The position numbers and the translations under genes are program-made. Under the pieces are notes generated by a model that worked only from the letters and a program-made list of their open reading frames with translations, ran no database searches and was not told the DNA's origin. From an uncultured Alphaproteobacteria bacterium (GTDB lineage Bacteria > Bacteroidota > Ignavibacteria > Palsa-1295), in assembly GCA_964404255.1 (NCBI GenBank), contig CAYOJJ010000006.1:11567-75566 (forward strand): 64,000 bases of DNA, read 5' to 3'. Of this stretch, positions 41,863 through 51,149 are shown piece by piece (within the stretch, counting starts at the first letter, position 1; each line of letters starts with the position of its first letter).

Positions 41863-42511
41863 AAGCCTATACATCGTCGGTGCGGCCTCGGCCCTTGTTT
41901 ATCTGTCTGTCACGGGATGCAACCCAAAGCCGAAGCCGTCACCGATTGATGTAACTGCCACTAATGAAGTAACTGCTACTACTGAAGTAGCTCCTATTGC
42001 AATACCGAATACTACTATCGATCGCGAAGATTCAAGCATAGAACTTCGCAGAGGTCTTCTTCTCTATAGTGGTAAGCCATTCTCCGGCTATGCAGTGGGC
42101 CGTTATACAGGCGGCGATACAGCTTCCATCCATTCTTTTATGAATGGCAAAGAGGAAGGCACAAGCCGCGAATGGTATCCCAATCATCAGCTAAAAGAGA
42201 TTCGTACATTTTCCAATGGCAAGAAGATTGGCATACACACCGGCTACTGGAGCAACGGTACAAAGCGCTTCGAGTATCACTTTGCAATGGATGTGTATAA
42301 CGGCGAAGTGAAAGAGTGGTATGCCGATGGCAAGCCATATCTGGTAAAGCACTATCTCAACGGCCAGGAGAATGGATTGCAAACAGTCTATTATGCCGAT
42401 GGACGCTTGCAGGCGAACTACGAAGCCAAGGATGGAAGAAATTATGGGAATACGGGATATAGAAACTGTGAAAGTCCGCGCAAGAAGTTTGCTGCTGCCG
42501 CTGCTCGGTAG
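41834..42511 (+). CDS. MORN-repeat (YwqK-like) lipoprotein
   Basis: Repeated GKxxGxxxxWYxNGxxxxxxxYxNG units. The start is uncertain because the long ORF overlaps the previous gene. Confidence 0.5.
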   Translation: MVRRERSRNRSLYIVGAASALVYLSVTGCNPKPKPSPIDVTATNEVTATTEVAPIAIPNTTIDREDSSIELRRGLLLYSGKPFSGYAVGRYTGGDTASIHSFMNGKEEGTSREWYPNHQLKEIRTFSNGKKIGIHTGYWSNGTKRFEYHFAMDVYNGEVKEWYADGKPYLVKHYLNGQENGLQTVYYADGRLQANYEAKDGRNYGNTGYRNCESPRKKFAAAAAR

Positions 42512-43118
42512 TTTGTTGCTGGTATTAGGTTGCAAGCAGGAGCATAAGTACTCGAAGTTGCCGTATTACAACACTCCAGATTTTACACCACTCTGGGATT
42601 CTGCTGTCTCTGTTGATACACTCCATCAGATCGGCAAGTTTAGTTTTAGCGATCAGAGCGGTGCTGCCGTTACCGAGGCTGCGTATGCTAATAAGATCTT
42701 TGTCGCTAATTTCTTTTTTACCACTTGCGCCGGGATTTGCCCGCGAATGACAAATAACCTTTCTGATGTGGCGAAGTCCTTCAAAGCAAATCCCGATGTG
42801 CGTTTCGCTTCGTTCTCAGTGATGCCGGAAAGCGATAGTGTTGCGGCTCTTAAGTTCTATGCAGCGGCGAATAACATCTCAGCAGAGCAATGGCATTTAC
42901 TCACCGGCAATAAGAATGACTTGTATCATCTGGCGCGGCAATCCTTCTTTGTTGAAGAAGAAGCCGGTTTTAATAAAGACTCTTCCGATTTTCTTCACAC
43001 CGAGCATTTAGTATTAGTCGATAAGCACGGCCATATCCGCGGCCTCTACGACGGTACGTTGCCGTTAGAGACTGAACGCCTGACGGCTGACATCAAAACC
43101 CTGCTTGCCGAATCGTAA
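42444..43118 (+). CDS. SCO1/SenC copper chaperone (thioredoxin fold)
   Basis: FFFTTCAGICP is the CxxxCP motif. The start is uncertain and the gene overlaps the MORN gene by ~68 nt. Confidence 0.7.
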   Translation: MGIRDIETVKVRARSLLLPLLGSLLLVLGCKQEHKYSKLPYYNTPDFTPLWDSAVSVDTLHQIGKFSFSDQSGAAVTEAAYANKIFVANFFFTTCAGICPRMTNNLSDVAKSFKANPDVRFASFSVMPESDSVAALKFYAAANNISAEQWHLLTGNKNDLYHLARQSFFVEEEAGFNKDSSDFLHTEHLVLVDKHGHIRGLYDGTLPLETERLTADIKTLLAES

Positions 43119-43127
43119 AGACATCTC

Positions 43128-44003
43128 GTGTCTTATATTTGTAGAGACCATTACTCTACAATGAACTTAAATACTATTAAGATACTGTTACTTGCGCTCC
43201 TACTGCCACTGGTAGGTGCTAATACCATGGCTAAAAGCCAGAAGGTATGGTACCAGCTTGAGGGCAAAGGTACGCGCACGATTGTGTTGCTTCACGGAGC
43301 CTGCATCAATAGTTCGTACTGGAGCAATCAAGTGGCTCACCTAAAAGACAAGTACATGATCCTGACGATCGATCATGCCGGTCATGGCAAATCGAAGGAT
43401 ATGTCCGGGCCATACACACTTGAGCGTTTTGCAAACGATGCGGTTGGCATTATTAAGAGCTTAAAACTCGATAGTATTATTCTCGTGGGGCATTCGATGT
43501 CCGGCGATATAAGCCTGCACATTCATCATGCCTTAAAGGGCAAGGTGCTTGGCATTATCGGCATAGATAATTTTAAGGGCCTCGGTGCCGAGATGCCTCC
43601 AGAGCAAAAAAAGCAGATGGATGGATTTATGAAGCTAATCGATAAAGATTTTGCTGGCAGTATCCCCATGGCCACTTCATTTTTATTTTCTTCAACTACA
43701 GATACTGCTGTTAAGGCTCGGGTGAATAACGATGTGCTTGAAGGCGGGAAGACGCTCTTTCTATCTATATTAAAATCTATAGGTAAGCAAAGTGCTTTTG
43801 AACGCAGCGAAGCAAAGCAACTGAAAGTGCCGTTATTCCTGGTTAATAGCGATAAAGATCCCACCGATGAAAGTTTGTTAAAGAAATACTGTGGCGCTTC
43901 TTATAAGATCTGGCAAATTCATAATAGCGGCCATTATCCGATGATCGAACAACCAACGGAGTTTAACCGACTTCTTGACGAAGCACTCGCCTCAATTAAA
44001 TAA
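43128..44003 (+). CDS. Secreted alpha/beta-hydrolase
   Basis: Signal peptide, HGACINSSYW and the nucleophile motif GHSMSG. Confidence 0.7.
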   Translation: MSYICRDHYSTMNLNTIKILLLALLLPLVGANTMAKSQKVWYQLEGKGTRTIVLLHGACINSSYWSNQVAHLKDKYMILTIDHAGHGKSKDMSGPYTLERFANDAVGIIKSLKLDSIILVGHSMSGDISLHIHHALKGKVLGIIGIDNFKGLGAEMPPEQKKQMDGFMKLIDKDFAGSIPMATSFLFSSTTDTAVKARVNNDVLEGGKTLFLSILKSIGKQSAFERSEAKQLKVPLFLVNSDKDPTDESLLKKYCGASYKIWQIHNSGHYPMIEQPTEFNRLLDEALASIK

Positions 44004-44007
44004 TAGT

Positions 44008-44637
44008 ATGACTATGCCATCTGCCGATAAACGCATCGACGCTTATATTGCAAAGTCAAAGGAATTTGCTCAGCCAATCTTAACGCATTTCCGAGCGCTC
44101 ATTCATAAGACCTGCCCCGATGTCGAAGAGACCGTAAAGTGGGGAATGCCCTTCTTTACTTATGAAGGTGATAACCTCTGTATGATGGCCGCTTTCAAAG
44201 AGCATTGTGTGCTGGGTTTCTGGAAGGCCAAATTAATGAGTAATAAAAAGCTCATGGAGAATGCTTCATCGGAAGCGGCGATGGGTCACCTCGGGAAGAT
44301 CATGAGCATGAAAGATCTGCCGCCAAATAAAGAGTTGGTGGCCGATATTAAAGAAGCGATGAAGCTCAATGAAGATGGCATTAAGCTTCCGTCAAATAAA
44401 AAAGTCAGCGAAGAAAAGAAGAAAGCGCTCAAGACACCGGCTTATCTTACTGCCGCCTTAAAACGTAATAAAAAAGCATGGGCGGTATTCGATGCCTTTG
44501 CCTACTCGCATAAGAAGGAATATATCCAGTGGATCGAAGAGGCAAAGACCGAAGCGACTCGTGAAAAAAGAATTGCCCAAGCTATCGAATGGATAAGCGA
44601 GGGCAAAGGACGTAATTGGAAATATCAGAAAAAGTAA
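44008..44637 (+). CDS. DUF1801 + YdeI/OmpD-associated domain protein
   Basis: The N-terminus (IDAYIAKSKEFAQPILTHFRALI...VKWGMPFFTY) and C-terminus (YIQWIEEAKTEATREKRIAQAIEWI) match the two families. Confidence 0.6.
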   Translation: MTMPSADKRIDAYIAKSKEFAQPILTHFRALIHKTCPDVEETVKWGMPFFTYEGDNLCMMAAFKEHCVLGFWKAKLMSNKKLMENASSEAAMGHLGKIMSMKDLPPNKELVADIKEAMKLNEDGIKLPSNKKVSEEKKKALKTPAYLTAALKRNKKAWAVFDAFAYSHKKEYIQWIEEAKTEATREKRIAQAIEWISEGKGRNWKYQKK

Positions 44638-44638
44638 G

Positions 44639-45112
44639 TTACCGGCTGGCTTTATATAACCTCCTCGCAACAGCCATTTGCCCGATATGCCACGTCTCAT
44701 GACGAATAGCAGCGCGGCAAAAATCTATCACCGCCCGGCCATTCGCCATTTTCTCCGATAGCCTTTCTTCAGAAATGCCTTCGATCACTGTGCGAAACCG
44801 TGCTCGTATAGCTTTCACTTGTTTAAGGGCATCGGCAAGAGAAGTAACTTGTGGTGGCTCGGGCTCCGGTACGCTCTTCGGACGTTGAGCGATTGCCTGT
44901 CCGTAATGATCCCAGCATTGGCCGAGATGCACCAGATGCCAAAGGATCGTCCCCGATGGCGGCATCGTTTCATCTTTTTCATCGGCGGCATAGACCGGCG
45001 ATTGGTAGTACGCTTCTTCTTCGCTCAGGTCTGCAAATTTCGATTCGTACGACTCCCAGTCATGGCTCCAGGCATCGTCGAAGGAAGCGAGTAAATATTC
45101 TTTGGTTGTCAT
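44639..45112 (-). CDS. DinB-family protein
   Basis: HLVHLGQCWDHY matches the DinB_2 His region. The start is taken at the Met just after the M3 peptidase stop. Confidence 0.6.
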   Translation of the reverse strand: MTTKEYLLASFDDAWSHDWESYESKFADLSEEEAYYQSPVYAADEKDETMPPSGTILWHLVHLGQCWDHYGQAIAQRPKSVPEPEPPQVTSLADALKQVKAIRARFRTVIEGISEERLSEKMANGRAVIDFCRAAIRHETWHIGQMAVARRLYKASR

Positions 45113-46968
45113 TTGCTCGGGTAATGCGAATGCACCCATGCTCTGAACTTCGCATCGGCTGCAGGAAATTCTGCATCGTTGTTGAACTCGCAGATGAGTT
45201 CATTGCCATGCATAACTTTCACTTTTGCATCGAGATCGAGCGGGCCATTATACGGTTTATGCTCGGCAAGCGTAGCGACTTTCTCTTTCGCCTTTGCGAT
45301 CTCATCCTCTACCGAAGTTGCGACCTTTTCAACTAACGCATCGGCGCTGAAGGCTTTGCCCGTCGTGTTCTTTACCAGCTCCATAAAGGAAACCGAGTTG
45401 CCGGATTTCCAATAACCACGTTCAAGCTCGGGGCCGACGTTCGGGTTATCATTGATATAGCCGTACTTCTCAAGAATATATTTGCGTGTTTGATGCACTG
45501 CCATCTCAGCCAGTACATAGCCATGATAATACGCACTCGATTCACCGGCCAGAATATGCGGCACCGCAAGGATAGGGCGCGGAGCTTCCGGCATGAAATA
45601 CATCCGGCGTTCTACTTCATCGGCAATGGCGGTTACTCGCTCGGCCGTGAGTTCGCTTGCCAGTAATTCATAAATTGCTTTTTCAAAATAGCAGACGCCA
45701 AGCATCGCACGGACATTCACGACTTCATACGGCTGCATGAGTTCGATCTGTCGCTCGATAATATCGAATGGAATTGCATCACCATTCGCATTTTTCGCAT
45801 AACGCGTCAGCCAATCGGAATCGGAGAGAATCGCATCGCAGAACATCGACTGCGTCTCGGCATAGGCAACCGATGTCGGTGCAAACTCCTGCGCGAAGCA
45901 CGGCGCATTCATCTGAATGTTCGAGAAGTGCGCGGCATGGCCGCCTTCATGGAAGAGCGTATTGAGCGCATCGTGGCCCGAGCCTACTTTATTCGGAATA
46001 GCATTCGCCGTAAAATTAATACGCGCCGAATTCCATTTGCCATGATCGTACCACGCCGGTTGCGGACCGTGCATAAAGCCGTTCTCGTATTTACCGATGC
46101 GATCGATAAGATCGAGCGTTAGCTGTGCACCACGGAATTTAATACCGAGTGCAGCGAACGAACGCACCCAGCGCTCGAGGCCCAGACCAAACGGCAGATA
46201 CGGATCAAGTTCTTTTGCGATGGAGCCGGAGCGGAAGTGCTCGAAATTCCAACCGCGTGCTGCTGCCTGTCCGTGATCTTTCGTGATCTTCGCAATCGCT
46301 TTCTGTGCACTCTCGCGGGTGCGGACTTCAAGATCGTCGAGTAATTCAAACAGCTTGCGCTTAGAAAAACCTTCGGTGCGCTGTACTTTCCAATCGTAGT
46401 AATCTTCATAGCCGCAGCTCTTGCCGAGTTCATTACGCTTGGCGATGATCTCAAGAAAACCATGCTCGAGTGCAAAGGGCCCGATGCTTTTTAAGCCATC
46501 GTACGCTGCTTTGCGCGTAGCTTCGTCATCGCTGATGCGCTTGAGGTTCGATAGCTCGTTGGTAGTAGCGCGTTTGAATTCACCACTTGCCGGATCTTTA
46601 TAACCAAGCTCCATACCACCACGGGCAACGAGCAGCTTGCCTTCGAGTTCGACGATCTCGGCGGAAAGTTTTTGTGCGGCTTCTTCTTCGATCGCATTCG
46701 CGGTAAAGAATTGCTCCCAGCCTTTGGCTGCGGTAAGATCATCGGGCGTCGGGGAGGTAGAGGCGACGAGATCGCGGAGGTATTTTAGCTTCGAAGCATC
46801 CTGCGAAAACGTATTGACGGCGATCTCGGCATCGGCGGTGCGCTGCTGCGAAGCGGCCGGATCGTCGGAGAGGCCCATTTTCGATTCCCAGAATGAATTC
46901 TCTTTCTTGGTAAAGAGCTGTAAGAATTCCGAGTTAAGCTGATCGATATAATTTGAAAGTGGCGACAT
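45109..46968 (-). CDS. M3-family oligoendopeptidase
   Basis: Zinc site HEGGHAAH (HExxH), ~620 aa. Confidence 0.75.
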   Translation of the reverse strand: MSPLSNYIDQLNSEFLQLFTKKENSFWESKMGLSDDPAASQQRTADAEIAVNTFSQDASKLKYLRDLVASTSPTPDDLTAAKGWEQFFTANAIEEEAAQKLSAEIVELEGKLLVARGGMELGYKDPASGEFKRATTNELSNLKRISDDEATRKAAYDGLKSIGPFALEHGFLEIIAKRNELGKSCGYEDYYDWKVQRTEGFSKRKLFELLDDLEVRTRESAQKAIAKITKDHGQAAARGWNFEHFRSGSIAKELDPYLPFGLGLERWVRSFAALGIKFRGAQLTLDLIDRIGKYENGFMHGPQPAWYDHGKWNSARINFTANAIPNKVGSGHDALNTLFHEGGHAAHFSNIQMNAPCFAQEFAPTSVAYAETQSMFCDAILSDSDWLTRYAKNANGDAIPFDIIERQIELMQPYEVVNVRAMLGVCYFEKAIYELLASELTAERVTAIADEVERRMYFMPEAPRPILAVPHILAGESSAYYHGYVLAEMAVHQTRKYILEKYGYINDNPNVGPELERGYWKSGNSVSFMELVKNTTGKAFSADALVEKVATSVEDEIAKAKEKVATLAEHKPYNGPLDLDAKVKVMHGNELICEFNNDAEFPAADAKFRAWVHSHYPSK

Positions 46969-47009
46969 AAGATCGAATACAATTGTTTTGTGGATAGTAA
47001 AGAACAGTT

Positions 47010-47507
47010 ATGAGTTATATTCCATTCGATAGACTACCAGATCACTCCCGCTTGTGGATTTTTGCCGCCGATAGAGCGCTATCCGAGGCGGAAGCCGCAG
47101 CGTTAATTAACGAGTTGCAGGGCTTTGTCCAGACCTGGCTTGCCCACGGAATGCCGGTAACCGGAAGCTGCCAAATGAACTACGGGCAGTTTCTTTTTAT
47201 CGCCGCCGATGAATCGACCCTGCCGACGGGCTGCTCCACCGATGAAATGACCCGCCGCGTCAGGATGCTTGGCGAGACCTACGGGGTAGAATTTCTCGGC
47301 ATGCCGAAAGTCTATTACCGCAAGGGCGATGCCATCCAAACGATTGGCAGGTTTGAATTTGGCGATCTGGCAAAAACCGGCGAAGTTGGCCGCACGACGA
47401 CCGTCTTCGATAATACACTGACTAAGCTCGCCGATCTGCGAGGCGGCAAGTGGGAAGTACCGGCGGCCGAGAGCTGGCATGCAAAGGCGTTTGAATTTCA
47501 GGGATAA
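47010..47507 (+). CDS. Hypothetical protein
   Basis: 165-aa ORF with typical composition, located upstream of the tRNA. Confidence 0.45.
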   Translation: MSYIPFDRLPDHSRLWIFAADRALSEAEAAALINELQGFVQTWLAHGMPVTGSCQMNYGQFLFIAADESTLPTGCSTDEMTRRVRMLGETYGVEFLGMPKVYYRKGDAIQTIGRFEFGDLAKTGEVGRTTTVFDNTLTKLADLRGGKWEVPAAESWHAKAFEFQG

Positions 47508-47562
47508 TGGAACCGCTTTCCGCCCTTTTCTCGTTGTGCTAACCCTGTTTTCAGGGAGGAAT

Positions 47563-47634
47563 TGCCTCGTGGCCTAATGGTATGGCATCTGATTCTGGAT
47601 CAGCAGGTTCCAGGTTCGAGTCCTGGCGAGGCAG
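47563..47634 (+). tRNA. tRNA, most likely tRNA-Gln (anticodon CUG)
   Basis: Cloverleaf: 7-bp acceptor stem TGCCTCG/CGAGGCA, T-arm CCAGG-TTCGAGT-CCTGG, and anticodon loop TTCTGGA with U33 and CTG at positions 34-36. One mismatch at 27:43 makes the isotype call less certain. Confidence 0.7.
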
Positions 47635-47635
47635 C

Positions 47636-47664
47636 AAAAAGGGACTCATCGAGTCCCTTTTTTA
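47636..47664 (+). terminator. Rho-independent terminator after tRNA
   Basis: AAAAAGGGACTCATCGAGTCCCTTTTTTATT: a perfect 8-bp stem, a 4-nt loop and a T-run. Confidence 0.8.
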
Positions 47665-47675
47665 TTGCGTATTAG

Positions 47676-47745
47676 TTTGGTTAGGGTCAAAGGGTCATGG
47701 GGTCAAAGCCTAGGGGTTTGACCCCATGACCCTTGACCCTTGATC
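47676..47745. repeat. Left copy of ~65-bp palindrome-containing direct repeat (ATTAGT..GGGTCAAAGGGTCATGGGGTCAAA-spacer-TTTGACCCCATGACCCTTGACCC)
   Basis: Imperfect inverted repeat with ~23-nt arms built from GGGTCA units. It shares ~80% identity with the copy at 52910-52975. Confidence 0.75.
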
Positions 47746-48057
47746 CTACCTTTCGAATTAATTGGTATCCTTTTGCCGTTATTGAGGTGCGTTTATTTTC
47801 CATCATCACAATATGACCGGAATATTGAAGCTGATAATAAGGTGGTCGGCCGTGGCGGACAACCTATTGTTTTTCTTTCGGGAATGTTTGGCTAACAGAT
47901 CACACCTACGGCATTCACCATATTCATCTAAAAAAGATGAGTATCTGTACATACCGCCCCCACAGTTCTGCGCGAGCATTAAGCAATAATGAACATCCAT
48001 ACTCGTTACTTTATGCTACTTAACCTAGTTAGATAAAGAACTACTAGAAATTTATAT

Positions 48058-48906
48058 ATGAATTTTGATCAATTTAGGGACGAAGATCCCTTAGCAAACC
48101 ATGAACGACTTCGTTCCAATTTCGTCAGGCAATTCGTACAACACTACAACACGCCATCCAGGACGCGGACAGCATATAATAAAGCAACGCCAAAACGCAT
48201 AGTACAATTTTGGGATAATCTTGATCAATTACCTCAGGATGTTAAAGAATGTATGGATTCTTGGAGGGTACTTGAACGGTCTGGATTTGAATTTCAGATT
48301 TTTGACGAAACGACGGCAAGAGAGTTTATCAAGGCTCAATTAGGCTCAAGATATGGAAAAGCATTTGATAAGTGTTATCATCCTTCAATGAAGTCCGACT
48401 ATTTCCGGTATAGCTACATTTTCGTAGAGGGTGGTTTCTATATTGACGCAGATGATGTCTACCATGGAGCTGTGATCGATCATCTATTTGCTGATGGGAG
48501 ATTGAAACTTCAACCATTCTGTTATGATATTGCAACAAATCAAATGGTTTCACCTTCATCTTTTGTGAATCAGGGAGCAAACAAAACGAGTTGGATTTTT
48601 TATTTCAATACAACACCATTAATCGCAAGTCCCAAACACCCTATTGTTGAACGGGCACTGCTTAACGCTACTACATATCTTGAGCAAGTATCAGAAGGAG
48701 AATTACCAGAAGTTCAGGCTTCCACTGGTCCAGGCAACCTCACCAGATCTATTTTTGAACTGCTCGCTGATCAAGCCTGTCCTGAGGAAGAATTGCTTAT
48801 TTTACATGATTGGGAGAAGATATCTACTAGTAAATGGCCGCTTAGTTATCGAAATGACAAAAGGAATTGGAGGCTTTCTAATCAGCAAGCCTATCAAACT
48901 TCATAA
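48058..48906 (+). CDS. Glycosyltransferase family 32-like (DXD sugar-binding region)
   Basis: RIVQFWDNL ... SMKSDYFRYSYIFVEGGFYIDADDV matches the GT32/Gly_transf_sug signature. The gene is AT-rich. Confidence 0.65.
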   Translation: MNFDQFRDEDPLANHERLRSNFVRQFVQHYNTPSRTRTAYNKATPKRIVQFWDNLDQLPQDVKECMDSWRVLERSGFEFQIFDETTAREFIKAQLGSRYGKAFDKCYHPSMKSDYFRYSYIFVEGGFYIDADDVYHGAVIDHLFADGRLKLQPFCYDIATNQMVSPSSFVNQGANKTSWIFYFNTTPLIASPKHPIVERALLNATTYLEQVSEGELPEVQASTGPGNLTRSIFELLADQACPEEELLILHDWEKISTSKWPLSYRNDKRNWRLSNQQAYQTS

Positions 48907-48920
48907 CAAAAATAGAAGCC

Positions 48921-51149
48921 ATGAACTTACTACGCCCTCAACTGGCCATTATCAGTTATGCTTTTCGAACGTGGCTCTCTTTTCGCAGGCTTCTACATAA
49001 ACGAAGGTGTCAAGCATTTGGTATTAAACGTAACGGAAAGCGCTTGCAAATTGAGAAGATCTATGTTATCAACCTTAACCGTGAACCTGGACGTTGGGCC
49101 AGGATGAAGCAAGAGCTCAAACGAATATTTGACTCATCAGGAGTTGAACTCCTAAATTTATCTGTGCGGCATGTTGCTATTGATGCTAATGAGTTTTCAC
49201 GAAATCCGTCTAAAGATGCTCAGATCGATCCTTTTTACACCCTTGAAGATCAGTTATTTGTAGAACCCCAACCGCTGGTTCTTCCAACCCGCCTCGAACT
49301 AAATGAACCGATTCGAATGAGTCGAGCTGAGTGTGCCGTTGCGCAATCACATATCAGTGTATGGAAACAGGTTGCTGAGAGTAATAACGAATACGTACTC
49401 ATACTTGAGGATGATGTATGGTTTCATTTAAACTTCGCAAGCGATTTAGATAAGGTGTGGAATGATCTAGAAAATGATTTGCAGGGTAAATTTGACATTC
49501 TTTATTTGTCTTATCTTGAAGTAAAGCATGGTGCGCCAAAAACTATTTTGTCAAGGAATGTATTTAGACCAATGCGTGGACTTTGGCACCTGTCTGGGTA
49601 TGTGCTTTCTAGAAATGGCGCTGAAAAACTTCTAGGTCTTCTCCCATGTCGTGGCCCGATTGATCTTTGGATAAATCAGCAGTTCAAAACATTGGATGTG
49701 CTTGCAGCTAAACATTCTCTTATTAGCCAACGCAGGGACACTAAATCTAGCAATTCGTATTCAATACTTCCCACACTTACTAAGATAGGGGCAATCACTA
49801 GTGAGGGGGCAGCATTATTTAATATCCGGCCAGCTGAGCAGCCCGTATTTGCTTTTGGCCCTGAAGGTACTGGCCAGTCATCGCTTGCAATGGCCTTGTC
49901 TATGCTAGGATACAGGTGCTGTAGTGATTTCCAAGATATACCTTTAGCTGAAATGGATAATCTTCTCAATGGAAGAGCGGAGAGAGTTTTCAATGCATAC
50001 GTGAATATTGGCTCTTTGTATTCAAAAGTTACGGAGCTCCTGATTCTATACCCAAAGGCAAAGTTTATTATTACGGCAGATAAAAAAGCCGTTTCAGACG
50101 AGATGTTCTTGAAAATGGAAGATAGTCTGAGAAATGCCGATCTGGCTATACTTTATTCAGAAAAATTGAATACGTGGCAAACCATTTGCGAACACTTAAG
50201 GTGTGCGCCACCTAAATGCTCTTACCCTATGGTGAAGGATATTGGTCAAAGACCAATTCTCAACACAAAGAATGAACACAAACCGGCTATAAAAACAAAG
50301 ATTCCTAAACGTGATAGCTCACCATGGGTCATTGAGTCCCATAAGTTATGGCGAGGTATCAGTCTTGTCGAGACAAGGAGTTGGCAGGTTGATACTGGAA
50401 CATTAGTCAAAATCACCGACTCTTTGGAATCTCATGATGCAAAACTGTGGCACCTAAGGAGAGATACTTTCACCGATAACTTGGCATTGTTTCGCCCGTC
50501 AAATGTCGAGTTTAAATCAGGTATAGGAGCTGTGCTTAACGTAAAAAAGGAATCCGTCGGCGTTCGAGATTACACTGCTGCATCGTTATCCAGCCAAAAC
50601 CAATACTTATTCGGAAAATTCGAAGCAACCATCAAAGCATCCAATGTTCCAGGAGTAGTCACTGGACTATTTCTCTACCGCAACTCCCCCCGACAGGAAA
50701 TAGATATCGAAATTACGGGTAATCGGCCAAACCGGCTCTTGGTTAATGTATTTTACAACCCAGGTACTGAAGGAGCAAACTTTGATTATGGTTATAGAGG
50801 AGCTCCGACTTATATTGAATTAGGGTTTGATGCATCTAAGGAAAGTCATCGCTTTCAAATTGAATGGGATCCGTACGAAATTAGATGGTTGGTTGACGAC
50901 AACCTCGTTCATAAACGAACTGTATGGAATCCGACACCTATTCCAGACCTTCCTATGACGTTCCATGTTAATAATTGGGTCTCTCGTTCTGCACAGCTTG
51001 CTGGGCGAATTAACAAACGACATCTCCCAGCTACCTCCATAGTTAGTGAAGTCACACTAACGGCAAATGTCGTCATTCAAAAATCCGAGGACAATGAACC
51101 GCAGTTGCAGACCCTTACTAATGTTAACCCAAGTCAGTTTATTCAATGA
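48921..51149 (+). CDS. Multidomain glycan-modifying enzyme: N-terminal GT25-like glycosyltransferase, central P-loop/sulfotransferase-like region (tentative), C-terminal GH16 glycoside hydrolase/transglycosylase
   Basis: The N-terminus (EKIYVINLNREPGRWARMKQEL ... YVLILEDDVWFH) is GT25-like. The middle has FAFGPEGTGQSSL. The C-terminus (QEIDIEITGN ... FQIEWDPYEIRWLVDDNLVHKRT) carries the GH16 ExDxE catalytic motif. Confidence 0.6.
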   Translation: MNLLRPQLAIISYAFRTWLSFRRLLHKRRCQAFGIKRNGKRLQIEKIYVINLNREPGRWARMKQELKRIFDSSGVELLNLSVRHVAIDANEFSRNPSKDAQIDPFYTLEDQLFVEPQPLVLPTRLELNEPIRMSRAECAVAQSHISVWKQVAESNNEYVLILEDDVWFHLNFASDLDKVWNDLENDLQGKFDILYLSYLEVKHGAPKTILSRNVFRPMRGLWHLSGYVLSRNGAEKLLGLLPCRGPIDLWINQQFKTLDVLAAKHSLISQRRDTKSSNSYSILPTLTKIGAITSEGAALFNIRPAEQPVFAFGPEGTGQSSLAMALSMLGYRCCSDFQDIPLAEMDNLLNGRAERVFNAYVNIGSLYSKVTELLILYPKAKFIITADKKAVSDEMFLKMEDSLRNADLAILYSEKLNTWQTICEHLRCAPPKCSYPMVKDIGQRPILNTKNEHKPAIKTKIPKRDSSPWVIESHKLWRGISLVETRSWQVDTGTLVKITDSLESHDAKLWHLRRDTFTDNLALFRPSNVEFKSGIGAVLNVKKESVGVRDYTAASLSSQNQYLFGKFEATIKASNVPGVVTGLFLYRNSPRQEIDIEITGNRPNRLLVNVFYNPGTEGANFDYGYRGAPTYIELGFDASKESHRFQIEWDPYEIRWLVDDNLVHKRTVWNPTPIPDLPMTFHVNNWVSRSAQLAGRINKRHLPATSIVSEVTLTANVVIQKSEDNEPQLQTLTNVNPSQFIQ

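Noticed and set aside
47684-47740. Palindromes as integron attC sites
   Set aside because: There are no convincing GTTRRRY / RYYYAAC core sites at the ends, and no intI gene in the window.
47806-48000. 64-aa minus-strand ORF between repeat copy 1 and the GT32 gene
   Set aside because: It is short, has no motif, and lies in an AT-rich probable promoter region. I cannot exclude a small regulator, but I have no support for one.
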